Positions 1 to 9,278 of a DNA stretch of 32,000 nt are shown one piece after another. A program made the translations under genes and the position numbers. Origin of the DNA: Corynebacterium glutamicum ATCC 13032 (GTDB taxonomy: Bacteria > Actinomycetota > Actinomycetes > Mycobacteriales > Mycobacteriaceae). Position 1 is the first letter of the stretch. Each line of letters starts with the position of its first letter. Under the pieces are notes generated by a model. The model did no database searches. It had not been told where the DNA came from and saw nothing but the letters and a program-made list of their open reading frames with translations. The DNA is taken from positions 1,140,001 through 1,172,000 of the forward strand of contig NC_003450.3 of NCBI RefSeq assembly GCF_000011325.1, in the 5' to 3' direction.

Positions 1-24
1 TATCAGCAGGGAGATCAGCATATT

Positions 25-861
25 CTAGGAGCTGCCCAGCGCCCAACCACCGATGGATGAACCGGTGAAAGGCTGTGGAGCAGGGATGAAGGTGGGGTTG
101 GCGGTGGCGTCAACAAGTTCTGCGGGCGCACCAGCAATGGGGGCAATGTGCTTGCCGGTGTAGTAGGCGATCCACTCGGCGTGTTCAGCAACGGGGATGT
201 ACCAGCCGACGGTGCCGTCTAGTGCATCGTTTTCTACGTCAGTGGACATGCTGAGCACACCAGCCAGTTGACCATTGATGTACAAAGGTCCGCCGGAATC
301 GCCTGGTACGAGACGACCGTTAGAAACAGTGCCTTCAAGCAGCACAGCGGTGCGGTCGGGGCTTGGCACATTGACTACCCTGCGTTGAATTTGCACATCG
401 GCTTGCTGTGCAACATTTTGGCCAAAGGCAGAGTACCCACCCCAGCCGGCTGCTTGACCATTTTCACCAGGCTGCACGTGTGCACCGTAGAGATCAACCG
501 TGTTGGAACTTGCCTGATTGGGAAGCTCAACGAGAGCTAAGTCCGCAGTAGGGTGCAAGATCGCTTGGGACACCTGCTGAAATTGGCTCAAAGTGCTTGA
601 ACCAATAGCTGCACCGGCAATACCGCCCTCAGGGATACAGTGGCGGGCGGTGATCGCCCACGTTGGGGTGATCATGGTTCCTGTACATGCAGTGTTACCG
701 ATGTGCAGACGAACAATTGAATCTGAAGTGGTGCTTGAACCCGTAACGTTGCGAGCATTTGCCAAAGCATGTGCAGGTGACGCCGCCACTAAGGGGGCAG
801 ACGCAGCCGTTAAAGCTGCGAGTACGGACAGTGCTTTGGTGGTAAATGACGCAGAAGACAT
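25..861 (-). CDS. Secreted trypsin-like (S1 family) serine protease
   Basis: 278-aa ORF. N-terminal signal peptide MSSASFTTKALSVLAALTAASAPLVAASPAHA. Catalytic-triad contexts TARHC (His), DLALVEL (Asp) and GDSGGP (Ser). Confidence 0.8.
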   Translation of the reverse strand: MSSASFTTKALSVLAALTAASAPLVAASPAHALANARNVTGSSTTSDSIVRLHIGNTACTGTMITPTWAITARHCIPEGGIAGAAIGSSTLSQFQQVSQAILHPTADLALVELPNQASSNTVDLYGAHVQPGENGQAAGWGGYSAFGQNVAQQADVQIQRRVVNVPSPDRTAVLLEGTVSNGRLVPGDSGGPLYINGQLAGVLSMSTDVENDALDGTVGWYIPVAEHAEWIAYYTGKHIAPIAGAPAELVDATANPTFIPAPQPFTGSSIGGWALGSS

Positions 862-897
862 AAAGAACAGTCTAGATGGTTGCTCTACAAAATGTTG

Positions 898-1245
898 TCA
901 CAAGATGCTGTCAATGACGTCGATTTTGGGGCGCGCAATGCGCGCGCCTTTGGCCGTCACCACGATCGGACGCTGAAGGAGCCTGGGATGGGCAACGATG
1001 GCGTCGATAAGCTCAGTTTCAGGTGTTTCTGGTGACAGGCCCAGTTCTGTGTACTCAGCTTCGCGGGTTCTGATGCCGTCGTGGACTGGAATTCCCAGCG
1101 TATTGAATAGTTCTTTGAGCTCGGAAGCGGTGGGCGTGTCTTTGAGATACTGAACAATTTCAGGCTCAATGTCCTTGTCGCGGAGGTAAGCGAGGGTATT
1201 TCTGGATGTGGAACAACGCGGATTATGGAAAATCGTGACTTTCAT
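898..1245 (-). CDS. arsC: Arsenate reductase, ArsC/Spx family (E. coli R773 ArsC-like, thiol-coupled)
   Basis: MKVTIFHNPRCSTSRNTLAYL closely resembles E. coli ArsC N-terminus (ITIYHNPACGTSRNTLEMI) with the catalytic Cys, and LLQRPIVV resembles ILINRPIVV. I prefer ATG at 1245 over the TTG at 1284 in the ORF track, because the homologue starts about 3 aa before this motif. Confidence 0.8.
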   Translation of the reverse strand: MKVTIFHNPRCSTSRNTLAYLRDKDIEPEIVQYLKDTPTASELKELFNTLGIPVHDGIRTREAEYTELGLSPETPETELIDAIVAHPRLLQRPIVVTAKGARIARPKIDVIDSIL

Positions 1246-1272
1246 AACGTTGAGCCTACTAAGGTTTGTTCC

Positions 1273-2475
1273 ATGATTATTCAAATCCTAAGAGTGGCAT
1301 TTGCCTTCGTCGGCATCATTGTTGGCGCCGGTTTCGCATCAGGGCAAGAGGTCATGCAATATTTTGTGGCCTTCGGCATAGACGGAATTTGGGGAGTCAT
1401 TGTTTCTGCAGTGATCATGTCGGTGATGGCGTTGATCATTTTGCAGCTCGGAAGCTATTTCAATGCAGGTGAACACGGTGAAGTGTTCCGCCGAGTAAGT
1501 CACCCCGTTTTCTCCAAAATTTTGGACATCGGCGTTGTGGTGACGTTGTTCTCCACCGGTTTCGTCATGTTTGCAGGCGCGGGATCAAATCTGAATCAGC
1601 AGTGGGGGCTTCCGCTCTGGATCGGTTCTGTGATCATGGTTCTTCTGGTGCTGGCTGCGGGCATGTTGGACGTGGATAAAGTAACCACAGTCATTGGTGC
1701 AATTACTCCGTTCATCATCATTTTCATCACTGCCGCCTCGATCTACACGCTGGTAGGTAATTTCAGCTCAGTGGAGCAGCTTGATTCTGCTGCTTTAGAA
1801 GTCGGCACGACGTTGCCTCACTGGGCTGTTGCAGCGGTGAACTATGTGGGATTCAACCTGATGGTTGCGGTGTCCATGGCTGTGGTCATTGGTGGATCAA
1901 TGTTTAACCCGCGGGTCGCAGGTCGGGGCGGTTTGCTGGGCGGATTGATCCTGGGATTCTTGATCATCATCAGTGCGCTAACACTGTTCGCCACCGTGGA
2001 AGAAGTTGGCCAAGATGATATGCCTATGCTGACGATCATCAACAATTTGAACCCGCTGGCTGGCCAAGTAATGGCAGTGGTTATCTACGGAATGATCTTC
2101 AACACGGCACTGGGTATGTTCTACGCATTGGGCCGTCGTCTCACTGCGAAAAACCCACAGCGATTCCGTCCGGTTTATGTGGTCACAGTGCTGATTGGTT
2201 TTGTGTTGAGCTTTGTGGGATTCAAGAACTTGGTGGGCTATGTGTACCCAGTCTTGGGATACATTGGCCTGCTGCTGATTGCAGTGATGATGGTGGCGTG
2301 GGTGAGGGGACGCGTACGCATCTACAAGGAATCCGAACGCCGCATGCGGATCGCAGACTTGTTGCAGATCGGCCATGACGGAGCGTTGAGTGGAGCAGAG
2401 CTGGCGGTGCTCAACCAGGAAATCCAAGATTCAAACTTGGATGAGGAACAAATTAAAGCAGCGGTTAGGAAGTAG
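1273..2475 (+). CDS. Polytopic membrane protein, YkvI-like putative transporter
   Basis: Highly hydrophobic with about 11-12 predicted TM segments. GAGFASGQE motif near the N-terminus is typical of YkvI-type membrane proteins. ATG 1273 is preceded by AAGG 8 nt upstream. The track start at 1225 would overlap arsC. Confidence 0.7.
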   Translation: MIIQILRVAFAFVGIIVGAGFASGQEVMQYFVAFGIDGIWGVIVSAVIMSVMALIILQLGSYFNAGEHGEVFRRVSHPVFSKILDIGVVVTLFSTGFVMFAGAGSNLNQQWGLPLWIGSVIMVLLVLAAGMLDVDKVTTVIGAITPFIIIFITAASIYTLVGNFSSVEQLDSAALEVGTTLPHWAVAAVNYVGFNLMVAVSMAVVIGGSMFNPRVAGRGGLLGGLILGFLIIISALTLFATVEEVGQDDMPMLTIINNLNPLAGQVMAVVIYGMIFNTALGMFYALGRRLTAKNPQRFRPVYVVTVLIGFVLSFVGFKNLVGYVYPVLGYIGLLLIAVMMVAWVRGRVRIYKESERRMRIADLLQIGHDGALSGAELAVLNQEIQDSNLDEEQIKAAVRK

Positions 2476-3015
2476 TTACTCTGCAGGGACGAGCTCTACC
2501 TGGCTGGCGTCAGCCCAGGTGAGTTCGATTCCCTTGGAGCGCAGCCACTGCATAGGATCGTCGCCGTGGCGGGTGATTCCTTCAACAGCATTCAAGGTGG
2601 CATCAATTGCGCGCTCAGCGTCATCTGCAGTGATAAGCCCTGCTGAGGTTGCTGCAGCTAGTTCGTCGATGTCCATGACTGTTACTGGTTCTCCGCAGAC
2701 AGAGATGAGATCCACGTAGAGGTCGCGGGTGGTCCAGATGTTGTCTTCGACGCGAATTTCAGCGACATCGATGTAGTAATCCTGACGTTCATCCACGCCT
2801 TTGCGGAAGTGGAAAATGTTGGCACGCAATCCAAGTTCTGGGAGGAGCCAGCTTTCCAAGTATCCGAACTTGGGGTGGTTTGCACCACGAGCCATGTACA
2901 GGCCGAAGTCGGTTACTTTGAAGGTGTCTACCTCGCGGAGAAACCCCTTGGGATCTGTGTTTATGGATTCAGCAGTGTTGAAAATTTCCTGCTTTACGGG
3001 ATGAAGATCAGTCAT
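2476..3015 (-). CDS. DUF402 domain protein (FomD/nucleoside di-/triphosphatase-like)
   Basis: 179-aa ORF. The YYIDVAEIRVEDNIWTTRDLYVDLISV...MDIDEL pattern matches the acidic DUF402 core as I recall it. A 7-bp gap to the upstream same-strand gene suggests an operon. Confidence 0.6.
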   Translation of the reverse strand: MTDLHPVKQEIFNTAESINTDPKGFLREVDTFKVTDFGLYMARGANHPKFGYLESWLLPELGLRANIFHFRKGVDERQDYYIDVAEIRVEDNIWTTRDLYVDLISVCGEPVTVMDIDELAAATSAGLITADDAERAIDATLNAVEGITRHGDDPMQWLRSKGIELTWADASQVELVPAE

Positions 3016-3022
3016 TGTTTTC

Positions 3023-3739
3023 TTACCTCACATCGAATACGACGGCAGTCGGGATGAAATTACAGTTCGCTGAACCGTTTTCGGTGGATGTGGTGAGGCC
3101 GCCTGACATGGAGGCGACGATGATGCCGCGTCCTGTGTCTGCCACACCGGAAATCGTTGAGGGGCCATCGGGGTTGATTCCGGTGTTGCTCAACGTCGTG
3201 GTGCCATGGGTGAAGTTGCTTAAGTTTGCCCATTGAACAGTCATTGCGGTGCTTTGCTGTTCTGCGAGGGGGCCAGTTCCCAGTGCGGTGAACACGAAGG
3301 AGGTTTGGCCGACACCTGCGCCGGGGAGGGGGAGATCTGCTGGTCCTGGAACTGCGAAGGCAGATCCTACGGCTGCAGAATTTCCGTTGATGCAGTTTTC
3401 TGATCGGGTGGGCCAGAAGAACTGCGCGATGCGTGGTGCGTTGTCGGGGATTTCAATGTCCCCACCTTCGCTGCCGTCACCGGTGATAAAACCCATGGCC
3501 TGAGAAACGATGTTCTTGATTTCCTGCGGGACCCACGGTTGGTTTACTGCCTGTTCGATTTGTTGGCGGAACTGCTCGTTGGGGCGTCCCCATTGGTCTA
3601 CGGGGAGACCGCTGGAGAGATTCGATGAGGCGTTGAAAGCTTGTTCAACTGGTGTGACAGCCGATGCTACCGGGGTTGCCGGGAGTGCAATGGCTAGAGC
3701 GGCAGCGACTGTAAGCAGTCGGGGGAGTGTCTTTGTCAC
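3023..3739 (-). CDS. Secreted protein of unknown function
   Basis: 238-aa ORF. Signal peptide MTKTLPRLLTVAAALAIALPATPVASA. Two Cys residues and a Gly/Thr/Ser-rich mature part. No family recognised. Confidence 0.65.
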   Translation of the reverse strand: MTKTLPRLLTVAAALAIALPATPVASAVTPVEQAFNASSNLSSGLPVDQWGRPNEQFRQQIEQAVNQPWVPQEIKNIVSQAMGFITGDGSEGGDIEIPDNAPRIAQFFWPTRSENCINGNSAAVGSAFAVPGPADLPLPGAGVGQTSFVFTALGTGPLAEQQSTAMTVQWANLSNFTHGTTTLSNTGINPDGPSTISGVADTGRGIIVASMSGGLTTSTENGSANCNFIPTAVVFDVR

Positions 3740-4117
3740 TTGAGTTTTACTTACCTTTCAACGAGACAATGCGGAGGGAACAACTTTAGTCACATTAGTA
3801 ACTTCAGTTAACTTCTTTTCCTCCTGTCACATTAATCGCAGAATATTTACTGTCAATAAGGATCTAAGTGAATTTCTGGGTTTCCCTAAAGATTCACCAA
3901 AGATCCGAGACACATTAGAACAACGTTTTCTTGTTTTGTTTGTCGTACATCGATGCAGTTCCGTTACAAAATTCTGAAAAAACCAGCAAAATCTTTAGAG
4001 ATTTGCCTCACAATGTGCGGAACGGGCGATAATGCGAGTACAGTGATACCGTTCTAAAACAATGGACTCGTTTTACAAGTCCTCCATACTTCTTTATCCG
4101 GCAGGAGAATGCCCCCA

Positions 4118-6031
4118 GTGACCCACCCAGAGTTTCGTAACGTAGCGATTGTCGCGCACGTTGACCACGGAAAGACCACACTCGTTAATGCCATGCTTGA
4201 ACAGTCTGGCGTATTCAGTGACCACGGTGAAGTAGCCGACCGTGTGATGGACTCCGGTGACCTGGAAAAGGAAAAGGGCATCACCATCCTTGCCAAGAAC
4301 ACCGCGATTCGTCGTAAAGGCGCTGGCAAGGACGGCAATGACCTGATTATCAACGTCATTGACACCCCAGGCCACGCTGACTTCGGTGGCGAAGTTGAGC
4401 GCGCACTGTCCATGGTTGACGGCGTTGTCCTTCTGGTTGACGCATCTGAAGGCCCACTGCCTCAGACCCGATTCGTGCTTGGCAAGGCTCTTGCTGCGAA
4501 GATGCCAGTCATCATTGCTGTGAACAAGACTGACCGCCCTGACGCTCGTATTGACGAGGTTGTTGAAGAGGCACAGGATCTGCTTCTTGAGCTCGCATCT
4601 GCACTTGATGATGAAGAAGCAGCACAGGCAGCTGAGCAGCTTCTTGATCTGCCAGTTCTGTACACCTCCGGTCGTGAGGGCAAGGCTTCCACTGAGAACC
4701 CAGGCAACGGCAACGTTCCTAATTCCCCAGATCTGATGCCTTTGTTTGAGACCCTCTACGAGGTTCTCCCAGAGCCAACCGCTGACATTGATGGCCCTCT
4801 GCAGGCTCACGTCACCAACCTTGACTCTTCCTCCTTCCTTGGTCGTATCGGCCTGGTTCGCGTTCACGCAGGTACCTTGCGTAAGGGCCAGCAGGTTGCA
4901 TGGATTCACTACGATGAAGAAGGTAACCAGCACACCAAGACCGCTAAGATCGCAGAGCTTCTGGCTACCGTTGGCGTTGCCCGCGTTCCTGCTACCGAAG
5001 TTGTTGCAGGTGACATCGCTGCTATCTCCGGCATCGAAGACATCATGATTGGCGATACCCTCGCGGATCCTGAGAACCCAGTTGCACTGCCTCGCATCAC
5101 CGTTGATGAGCCAGCACTGTCCATGACCATCGGTGTGAACACCTCACCAATGGCTGGTCGTGGCGGCGGAGACAAGCTGACCGCACGTGTGGTCAAGGCT
5201 CGTCTTGAGAACGAACTGATCGGTAACGTGTCCCTGAAGGTCAACCCAACTGAGCGCCCAGATACCTGGGAAGTTCAGGGTCGTGGCGAAATGGCTCTGT
5301 CCATCCTCGTTGAGACCATGCGTCGCGAAGGCTTCGAGCTCACCGTTGGTAAGCCACAGGTTGTTACCCAGACCATCGACGGCAAGCTGCACGAGCCTTA
5401 CGAGATCATCGTCATCGACGTTCCTTCCGAGTACCAGGGCAACGTGACCCAGCTGCTGGCTACCCGCAAGGGCCTCATGCAGTCCATGTCCACCACCCCA
5501 GGTTCCGACTGGATCCGCATGGAATTCCGTATTCCTGCTCGTGGCCTGATTGGTTTCCGTACCCAGTTCATGACTGAAACCCGTGGTACCGGTATCGCTA
5601 ACTCCTACTCTGACGGCATGGATGTTTGGGCTGGCGAAATCAAGGGCCGCGCACACGGTTCCTTGGTTGCTGACCGTTCCGGCCAGATCACCGCTTACGC
5701 TCTGACCCAGCTGGCAGACCGTGGTAGCTTCTTCGTTGAGCCAGGCACTGAGACCTACGAAGGTGTCGTTGTTGGTCTGAACAACCGTGAAGAAGACATG
5801 GACATCAACCCAACCAAGGAAAAGAAGCTCACCAACATGCGTGCAGCTTCCGCAGACACCACTGTCACCTTGGCTAAGGCTCGGTCTCTCTCCTTGGATG
5901 AGGCACTGGAGTTCTGTGGCGTCGACGAGTGCGTCGAGGTTACCCCTGATGTTCTGCGCATCCGCAAGGTCATCCTGAACGCTACTGAGCGTGGCCGTGC
6001 ACGTTCCCGTGCGAAGAGCCTGAACAAGTAA
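4118..6031 (+). CDS. typA: Translational GTPase TypA/BipA
   Basis: G motifs AHVDHGKTT, DTPGHADF and NKTD, plus EF-G-like domains along the full length. AGGAG at 4103-4107 is only 1 nt from ATG 4109 but 10 nt from GTG 4118, so I prefer 4118. 4109 remains possible. Confidence 0.95.
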   Translation: MTHPEFRNVAIVAHVDHGKTTLVNAMLEQSGVFSDHGEVADRVMDSGDLEKEKGITILAKNTAIRRKGAGKDGNDLIINVIDTPGHADFGGEVERALSMVDGVVLLVDASEGPLPQTRFVLGKALAAKMPVIIAVNKTDRPDARIDEVVEEAQDLLLELASALDDEEAAQAAEQLLDLPVLYTSGREGKASTENPGNGNVPNSPDLMPLFETLYEVLPEPTADIDGPLQAHVTNLDSSSFLGRIGLVRVHAGTLRKGQQVAWIHYDEEGNQHTKTAKIAELLATVGVARVPATEVVAGDIAAISGIEDIMIGDTLADPENPVALPRITVDEPALSMTIGVNTSPMAGRGGGDKLTARVVKARLENELIGNVSLKVNPTERPDTWEVQGRGEMALSILVETMRREGFELTVGKPQVVTQTIDGKLHEPYEIIVIDVPSEYQGNVTQLLATRKGLMQSMSTTPGSDWIRMEFRIPARGLIGFRTQFMTETRGTGIANSYSDGMDVWAGEIKGRAHGSLVADRSGQITAYALTQLADRGSFFVEPGTETYEGVVVGLNNREEDMDINPTKEKKLTNMRAASADTTVTLAKARSLSLDEALEFCGVDECVEVTPDVLRIRKVILNATERGRARSRAKSLNK

Positions 6032-6056
6032 TTCTCTTTTAGTTAAGAGTTGCTCT

Positions 6057-6098
6057 GGCCCGCTGTGTCCTCTGGACGCAGCGGGCCAGTAGTATTTT
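6057..6098 (+). terminator. Hairpin terminator after typA
   Basis: Perfect 9-bp stem GGCCCGCTG (6057-6065) / CAGCGGGCC (6079-6087) with a 13-nt loop. A TTTT run starts 7 nt after the stem, so it is not fully canonical. Confidence 0.5.
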
Positions 6099-7605
6099 GG
6101 GGGTGAGAATAAGGTTTGGAATTCTAAGTGTTGTCGCCTGCACGGTTTCGTTGGTGGCATGTCAGGCTAATCCGGGTCCTGCGCCCGTTGAGGAGCCAAC
6201 TACAGCCACTGCGACGACCACGGCAACTGAGACGACCACCGTAGAGACTGAAGCCCCCAAACAAGATCGGGAAACCATCAGTATTGGTATCGATCCGATC
6301 CGCAACGGTTTCAATCCACATTTGTTGTCTGATGATTCTCCACTGGTGCGCGATACTGCATCGTTGGTGTTGCCGAGTGCTTTTGAGGGCAATCAGCTGA
6401 ACACTGACTTGTTGGACAATGTTGAGCAGGTGGATGAAACCACGGTGAGGTACACGATTGCTCAGGAAGCGCAGTGGAGTGATGGCACTCCGATTACTGG
6501 GTCTGATTTTGAGTACTTGCGCAGGTCCATTGTGGCGGGGACAGGAACGCTGAACGATTCTGCATATTCGGCGATTTCAGAGATTAGGACCTCAGGCGGT
6601 GGAAAAACTGTCGACGTTATTTTTGAACATCCTGTCGCTGATTGGCATTTGCTGTTTAACAATTTGTTGCCGAGTCATTTGATCACTGGCAATTCCACAT
6701 TCCAGACAGCGTTTTATGATTCCATCCCGGCCTCTGCGGGGCGCTACATGGTGCGTTCCATTGATCGTCAGCGCGGCGTGATTACGTTGTCGCGCAATGA
6801 TCGTTTCTGGGGTGCAAATCCGGCACACGTGGAAGTACTCCAATTCAACACCGTTGCCTCTGCATCCCGGGCGGGGGAGTACCTGCGCACCGGGCAGAGT
6901 TCGTTTATGAATCTGTCACCGCAGGAAACCCTGGTGGACACGTTGAATTTGGTGCCGGACACGGAAGTGCGGGTGTCTGACACGACGCGCACGCTGGAGC
7001 TGGTATTCAACGCCGAAGCGCTGGCACCGGCGCAGCGCGCCTACCTGACATCGCTTATCGACGTCCCCCTCACCGCCAAGTTAGCTGGCGGTCGCAGTGC
7101 AAACCTGGGTGTGCCCCAAACGGTGGAGGCGAGCGTCGATAAGCAAGAAATTCCTGCGTTGCGCCTGGCGGCGGACCCCGCCGACGATGCTGGTTTGGCA
7201 GCTGCGCGGGGCATCGTCGATATGCTGGCTGCGGATGGAATCAAGGCTCAGGTCGTGACAACCGATTTGAATTCGGCGATTGCGGGTAATTTTGATGCGA
7301 TCGTGGCGTGGACCAGAACTGCCACGGATTCGATTGCGTTGGCGGACCGAGTGGGTTGTGGCGTGAACTTGGCAAAGTGGTGCGCTGAGGGAACCACGGA
7401 ATATATCAACGGTGTTTTGGCGGGTGAGATTGATTTCGATCCTGCGTGGGAGCAGCAGTTTAACACCGAGAATCACTTGCGGGTTCCGATCCTGCGGGAG
7501 ACTCGGGTAGAAGCGAAAAATAACGGTATCCTCGGGGCTGCGGATGGCTGGCCTGGGGGAATTTCAAGTGCTGCAAGTTGGAGGAAAAACGATGTTGAAG
7601 AATGA
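6097..7605 (+). CDS. lpqW: LpqW-like lipoprotein (family-5 peptide/oligosaccharide solute-binding fold)
   Basis: Lipobox SLVAC near the N-terminus, followed by a Thr-rich linker TTATATTTATETTTVETE. SBP-5-like body. Its position between typA and mshB matches mycobacterial lpqW. The start is TTG 6097 or GTG 6103. Confidence 0.75.
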   Translation: MGVRIRFGILSVVACTVSLVACQANPGPAPVEEPTTATATTTATETTTVETEAPKQDRETISIGIDPIRNGFNPHLLSDDSPLVRDTASLVLPSAFEGNQLNTDLLDNVEQVDETTVRYTIAQEAQWSDGTPITGSDFEYLRRSIVAGTGTLNDSAYSAISEIRTSGGGKTVDVIFEHPVADWHLLFNNLLPSHLITGNSTFQTAFYDSIPASAGRYMVRSIDRQRGVITLSRNDRFWGANPAHVEVLQFNTVASASRAGEYLRTGQSSFMNLSPQETLVDTLNLVPDTEVRVSDTTRTLELVFNAEALAPAQRAYLTSLIDVPLTAKLAGGRSANLGVPQTVEASVDKQEIPALRLAADPADDAGLAAARGIVDMLAADGIKAQVVTTDLNSAIAGNFDAIVAWTRTATDSIALADRVGCGVNLAKWCAEGTTEYINGVLAGEIDFDPAWEQQFNTENHLRVPILRETRVEAKNNGILGAADGWPGGISSAASWRKNDVEE

Positions 7606-8464
7606 TCTGTCTGGTGCTCGAGTTGTAGCTGTGCATGCGCACCCTGACGATGAGGCGATTACCACCGGTGGTGTGCTTGCGGATCTTGCTGCTCGTGGCG
7701 CCGATGTCACGGTAATTACCTGCACGTTGGGCGAGCAGGGTGAGGTTATCGGTGAGACATTCGCGCAGCTAGTCAACGGTGATGCGGATCAGCTTGGCGG
7801 GTTTAGGATCCATGAGCTTTACGCCTCGCTGGAGATTCTGGGCGTGCGTGGCATTCATCTGGGTGGCGCTGGCTGCTGGAGGGATTCCGGTATGGTTGGT
7901 GATCCTGCAAATGAGCATCCGCGTGCGTTTATTCACTCTGGTGACCGTGCAGTGGAGCAATTGAAAGAACTTCTTGCGGAATTGAAGCCACATCTTTTGA
8001 TCACCTATGGCCCTGACGGCGGCTATGGGCACCCCGATCACATTCGTGCGCATGAAATCACCCACGCAGCAGCCGGCGAGCAACGCATTCTGTGGGCTGT
8101 GAGCGACCGTGAGGAGCTCGAGGACGGTCTAAAGGCAATCACTGGGCTTCCTGAAGGTTGGGGCAGGGGAGAGCTCTCTGCGGTCGATTCCGTGGACCTC
8201 TCTGTTGAGCTGAACGATGAAGTGTATGCCACCAAGGTGGAATCCATGCGCGCGCATGCGACACAATTGTGGATCGCTGACGGTTCCGTATCTCGCACCA
8301 ACCCGGTTGCCGCACACGCAGTGACACAGCAGGACAATGTGAAGGTGTGGGCGCTATCTAATTTGATTGCACAACCCATCATGCGCCACGAGCACTACCA
8401 ACTCGGCGCCGGAACACCACTGCCTGAAGGTGCAACTGGAGTGCTTGACGGACTGGAGTTCTGA
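7592..8464 (+). CDS. mshB: GlcNAc-Ins deacetylase MshB (mycothiol biosynthesis, LmbE family)
   Basis: VAVHAHPDDEAITTGG metal-binding motif, and later HPDH. ATG 7592 is preceded by GGAGGA, and this start overlaps the lpqW 3' end by 14 nt. The track start at 7544 lacks an RBS. Confidence 0.9.
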   Translation: MLKNDLSGARVVAVHAHPDDEAITTGGVLADLAARGADVTVITCTLGEQGEVIGETFAQLVNGDADQLGGFRIHELYASLEILGVRGIHLGGAGCWRDSGMVGDPANEHPRAFIHSGDRAVEQLKELLAELKPHLLITYGPDGGYGHPDHIRAHEITHAAAGEQRILWAVSDREELEDGLKAITGLPEGWGRGELSAVDSVDLSVELNDEVYATKVESMRAHATQLWIADGSVSRTNPVAAHAVTQQDNVKVWALSNLIAQPIMRHEHYQLGAGTPLPEGATGVLDGLEF

Positions 8465-8471
8465 CACGGTT

Positions 8472-8885
8472 ATGGCAGAATCTAAGCAGGTTCGGAACAA
8501 GAGTTTCATTCACCGAAACCTCGGCAAAGGGGAGGTGTTTGGAGGTCTATTTTGGCTCAGTCTAGGGGCACTTATTTCGGTGCTTTTGGAGGTCATTTAC
8601 CTGGGCACCCGGATCACTTTGCCTGGCGGAACATCGCTGGCGTTTCCCTACACAATCGCCATTGCATTCTTGTTCAATATGGTTTTGACCAGGACTTCCA
8701 TGCTGTGGACCGATCATTGGCTTGCAAAATTCACTCCACTGACAGTGTGGATTTTAGGGTTCATGGCGCTGCTGGTGTGGACCGTGGTTGCAGGGGATCA
8801 ATTAATTCCGAATAATATTCGCACAGTGCTGCTACTTTTTGCTGGTTTTTCCGGTGGAATTTGGCCTGCGGTCAAGGGGAAGTAG
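8472..8885 (+). CDS. Small integral membrane protein (4 predicted TM), unknown function
   Basis: ATG at 8472 lies just after the mshB stop. Hydrophobic segments GGLFWLSLGALISVLLEVIYL, AFPYTIAIAFLFNMVL, LTVWILGFMALLVWTVVA and LLLFAGFSGGIWPAV. The part of the track ORF upstream of 8472 overlaps mshB. Confidence 0.6.
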   Translation: MAESKQVRNKSFIHRNLGKGEVFGGLFWLSLGALISVLLEVIYLGTRITLPGGTSLAFPYTIAIAFLFNMVLTRTSMLWTDHWLAKFTPLTVWILGFMALLVWTVVAGDQLIPNNIRTVLLLFAGFSGGIWPAVKGK

Positions 8886-8952
8886 CATAATAAGCCTAAA
8901 GCTTTCCCATATTTATTAGCCTCTTAGAGTTCTCAGGAGAAAACGAAATCCC

Positions 8953-9270
8953 ATGACATACACAATCGCACAGCCCTGCGTTGACGTCTTGGATCGTGCC
9001 TGCGTTGAAGAATGCCCAGTAGATTGCATCTACGAAGGTAAGCGCATGCTGTACATCCACCCGGATGAGTGCGTTGACTGTGGTGCATGTGAGCCTGCTT
9101 GCCCAGTTGAGGCAATCTTCTACGAGGACGATGTCCCAGACGAATGGCTTGACTACAACGATGCCAACGCTGCATTCTTCGATGATCTGGGCTCCCCAGG
9201 TGGTGCGGCTAAGCTTGGACCACAAGATTTTGATCACCCAATGATCGCTGCGCTGCCGCCTCAGGCATAA
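8953..9270 (+). CDS. fdxC: 7Fe ferredoxin (3Fe-4S + 4Fe-4S)
   Basis: Cys clusters CVEECPVDC and [23 protein letters not shown] is a typical actinobacterial FdxA/FdxC N-terminus. AGGAGA RBS upstream. Confidence 0.9.
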   Translation: MTYTIAQPCVDVLDRACVEECPVDCIYEGKRMLYIHPDECVDCGACEPACPVEAIFYEDDVPDEWLDYNDANAAFFDDLGSPGGAAKLGPQDFDHPMIAALPPQA

Positions 9271-9278
9271 TCTAACGC

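Noticed and set aside
3953-4057. 34-codon plus-strand mini-ORF (MQFRYKILKKPAKSLEICLTMCGTGDNASTVIPF) in the typA upstream region
   Set aside because: It has no SD-like sequence upstream and no recognisable peptide family. In AT-rich DNA it is plausibly chance. It is kept only as a remote leader-peptide possibility.
4094-6160. Two long minus-strand ORFs (4094-4933, 279 aa; 5144-6160, 338 aa) antisense to typA
   Set aside because: They lie wholly within the strongly supported typA gene. Their translations are low-complexity and motif-free (for example runs of V/D/G/L). This is typical of shadow ORFs in a moderately GC-rich gene.
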